A stretch of DNA of 34,016 nt from an uncultured Clostridia bacterium (GTDB lineage Bacteria; Bacillota; Clostridia; Christensenellales; UBA1242), in contig CALDLU010000075.1 in assembly GCA_937915245.1 (NCBI GenBank), positions 1-34,016 on the forward strand. The letters are read 5' to 3'. Shown here in pieces: positions 33,811 through 34,016 of this stretch. Under the pieces are notes generated by a model. The model saw only the letters and a list, made by a program, of their open reading frames with translations. It was not told the origin of the DNA and searched no databases. Numbering within the stretch: the first letter of the stretch is position 1; each line of letters starts with the position of its first letter. The position numbers were made by a program, and so were the translations under genes.

Positions 33811-34016
33811 CTACCAGTGAAAGTCTATAACAGTGATGAATTTATTATTTAAAGATAAATTTGAAATTTCCTTATTAAATTGTTTTTCATTGTTAATCCA
33901 ATGATTGCCATCCCAAAATTCACTTAAAATTATCTTATTTTCAGTAATAACTACATAACAATCATTTAATTTAAAATCAATTATATCTTCATAATAGCCA
34001 CCATCAACATATAATA
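33811..34016 (-). CDS. hypothetical protein, 5'-truncated by right window edge
   Basis: Hand translation is open from the window edge to the TAG at 33811-33813: ...LYVDGGYYEDIIDFKLNDCYVVITENKIILSEFWDGNHWINNEKQFNKEISNLSLNNKFITVIDFHW. Confidence 0.55.
   Translation of the reverse strand, partial: LYVDGGYYEDIIDFKLNDCYVVITENKIILSEFWDGNHWINNEKQFNKEISNLSLNNKFITVIDFHW

Noticed and set aside
1-34016. CRISPR array or diversity-generating retroelement
   Set aside because: I saw no regularly spaced short repeats with unique spacers. There is no reverse-transcriptase-like ORF and no template/variable repeat pair. The only tandem repeat is the in-frame 66-bp LRR unit.

Overview
Strongly AT-rich window that reads as most of a siphovirus-type (long non-contractile tail) phage or prophage genome from a low-GC Firmicute; the Clostridium-like host is inferred from composition and protein flavour only. 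No integrase, repressor or recognisable endolysin lies in the window. All family calls come from motif recognition by eye, since no searches were run.

The minus strand from 25106 down to 8145 is a textbook packaging/head/tail module: terS, terL, portal, scaffold, major capsid, connector proteins, tail tube with a C-terminal Ig-like domain, G and G-T tail chaperones with an A_AAA_AAC -1 frameshift site, tape measure, Dit/Tal-position proteins and a 640-aa receptor-binding fibre. It is followed by two membrane plus coiled-coil holin-type genes, a 40-aa basic peptide and a 66-aa sigma-region-4-like HTH protein.

The remaining late region (7177 down to 1) is unusual.
- Two ORF-free, hairpin-dense gaps (6244-7177 and 1702-2424) each carry their own minus-strand promoter and intrinsic terminators. 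G-U pairs in the stems fit only the minus strand. The 6244-7177 gap contains a clear antiterminator/terminator alternative.
- There is a translationally coupled cassette of low-complexity, Cys-rich, BclA-C-terminal-like and papain-like proteins.
- A free-standing HNH homing endonuclease sits on the opposite strand with a consensus promoter.
- A BspA-type LRR protein carries perfect 66-bp tandem repeats.

The right part contains a lone RusA resolvase and an AT-rich iteron-like region. An operator-overlapped early promoter there drives an extremely AT-rich plus-strand operon of small unknown genes. A minus-strand cluster follows with a stand-alone Rnl2-like RNA ligase, an HNH nuclease, an RHH protein and Zn-ribbon proteins.
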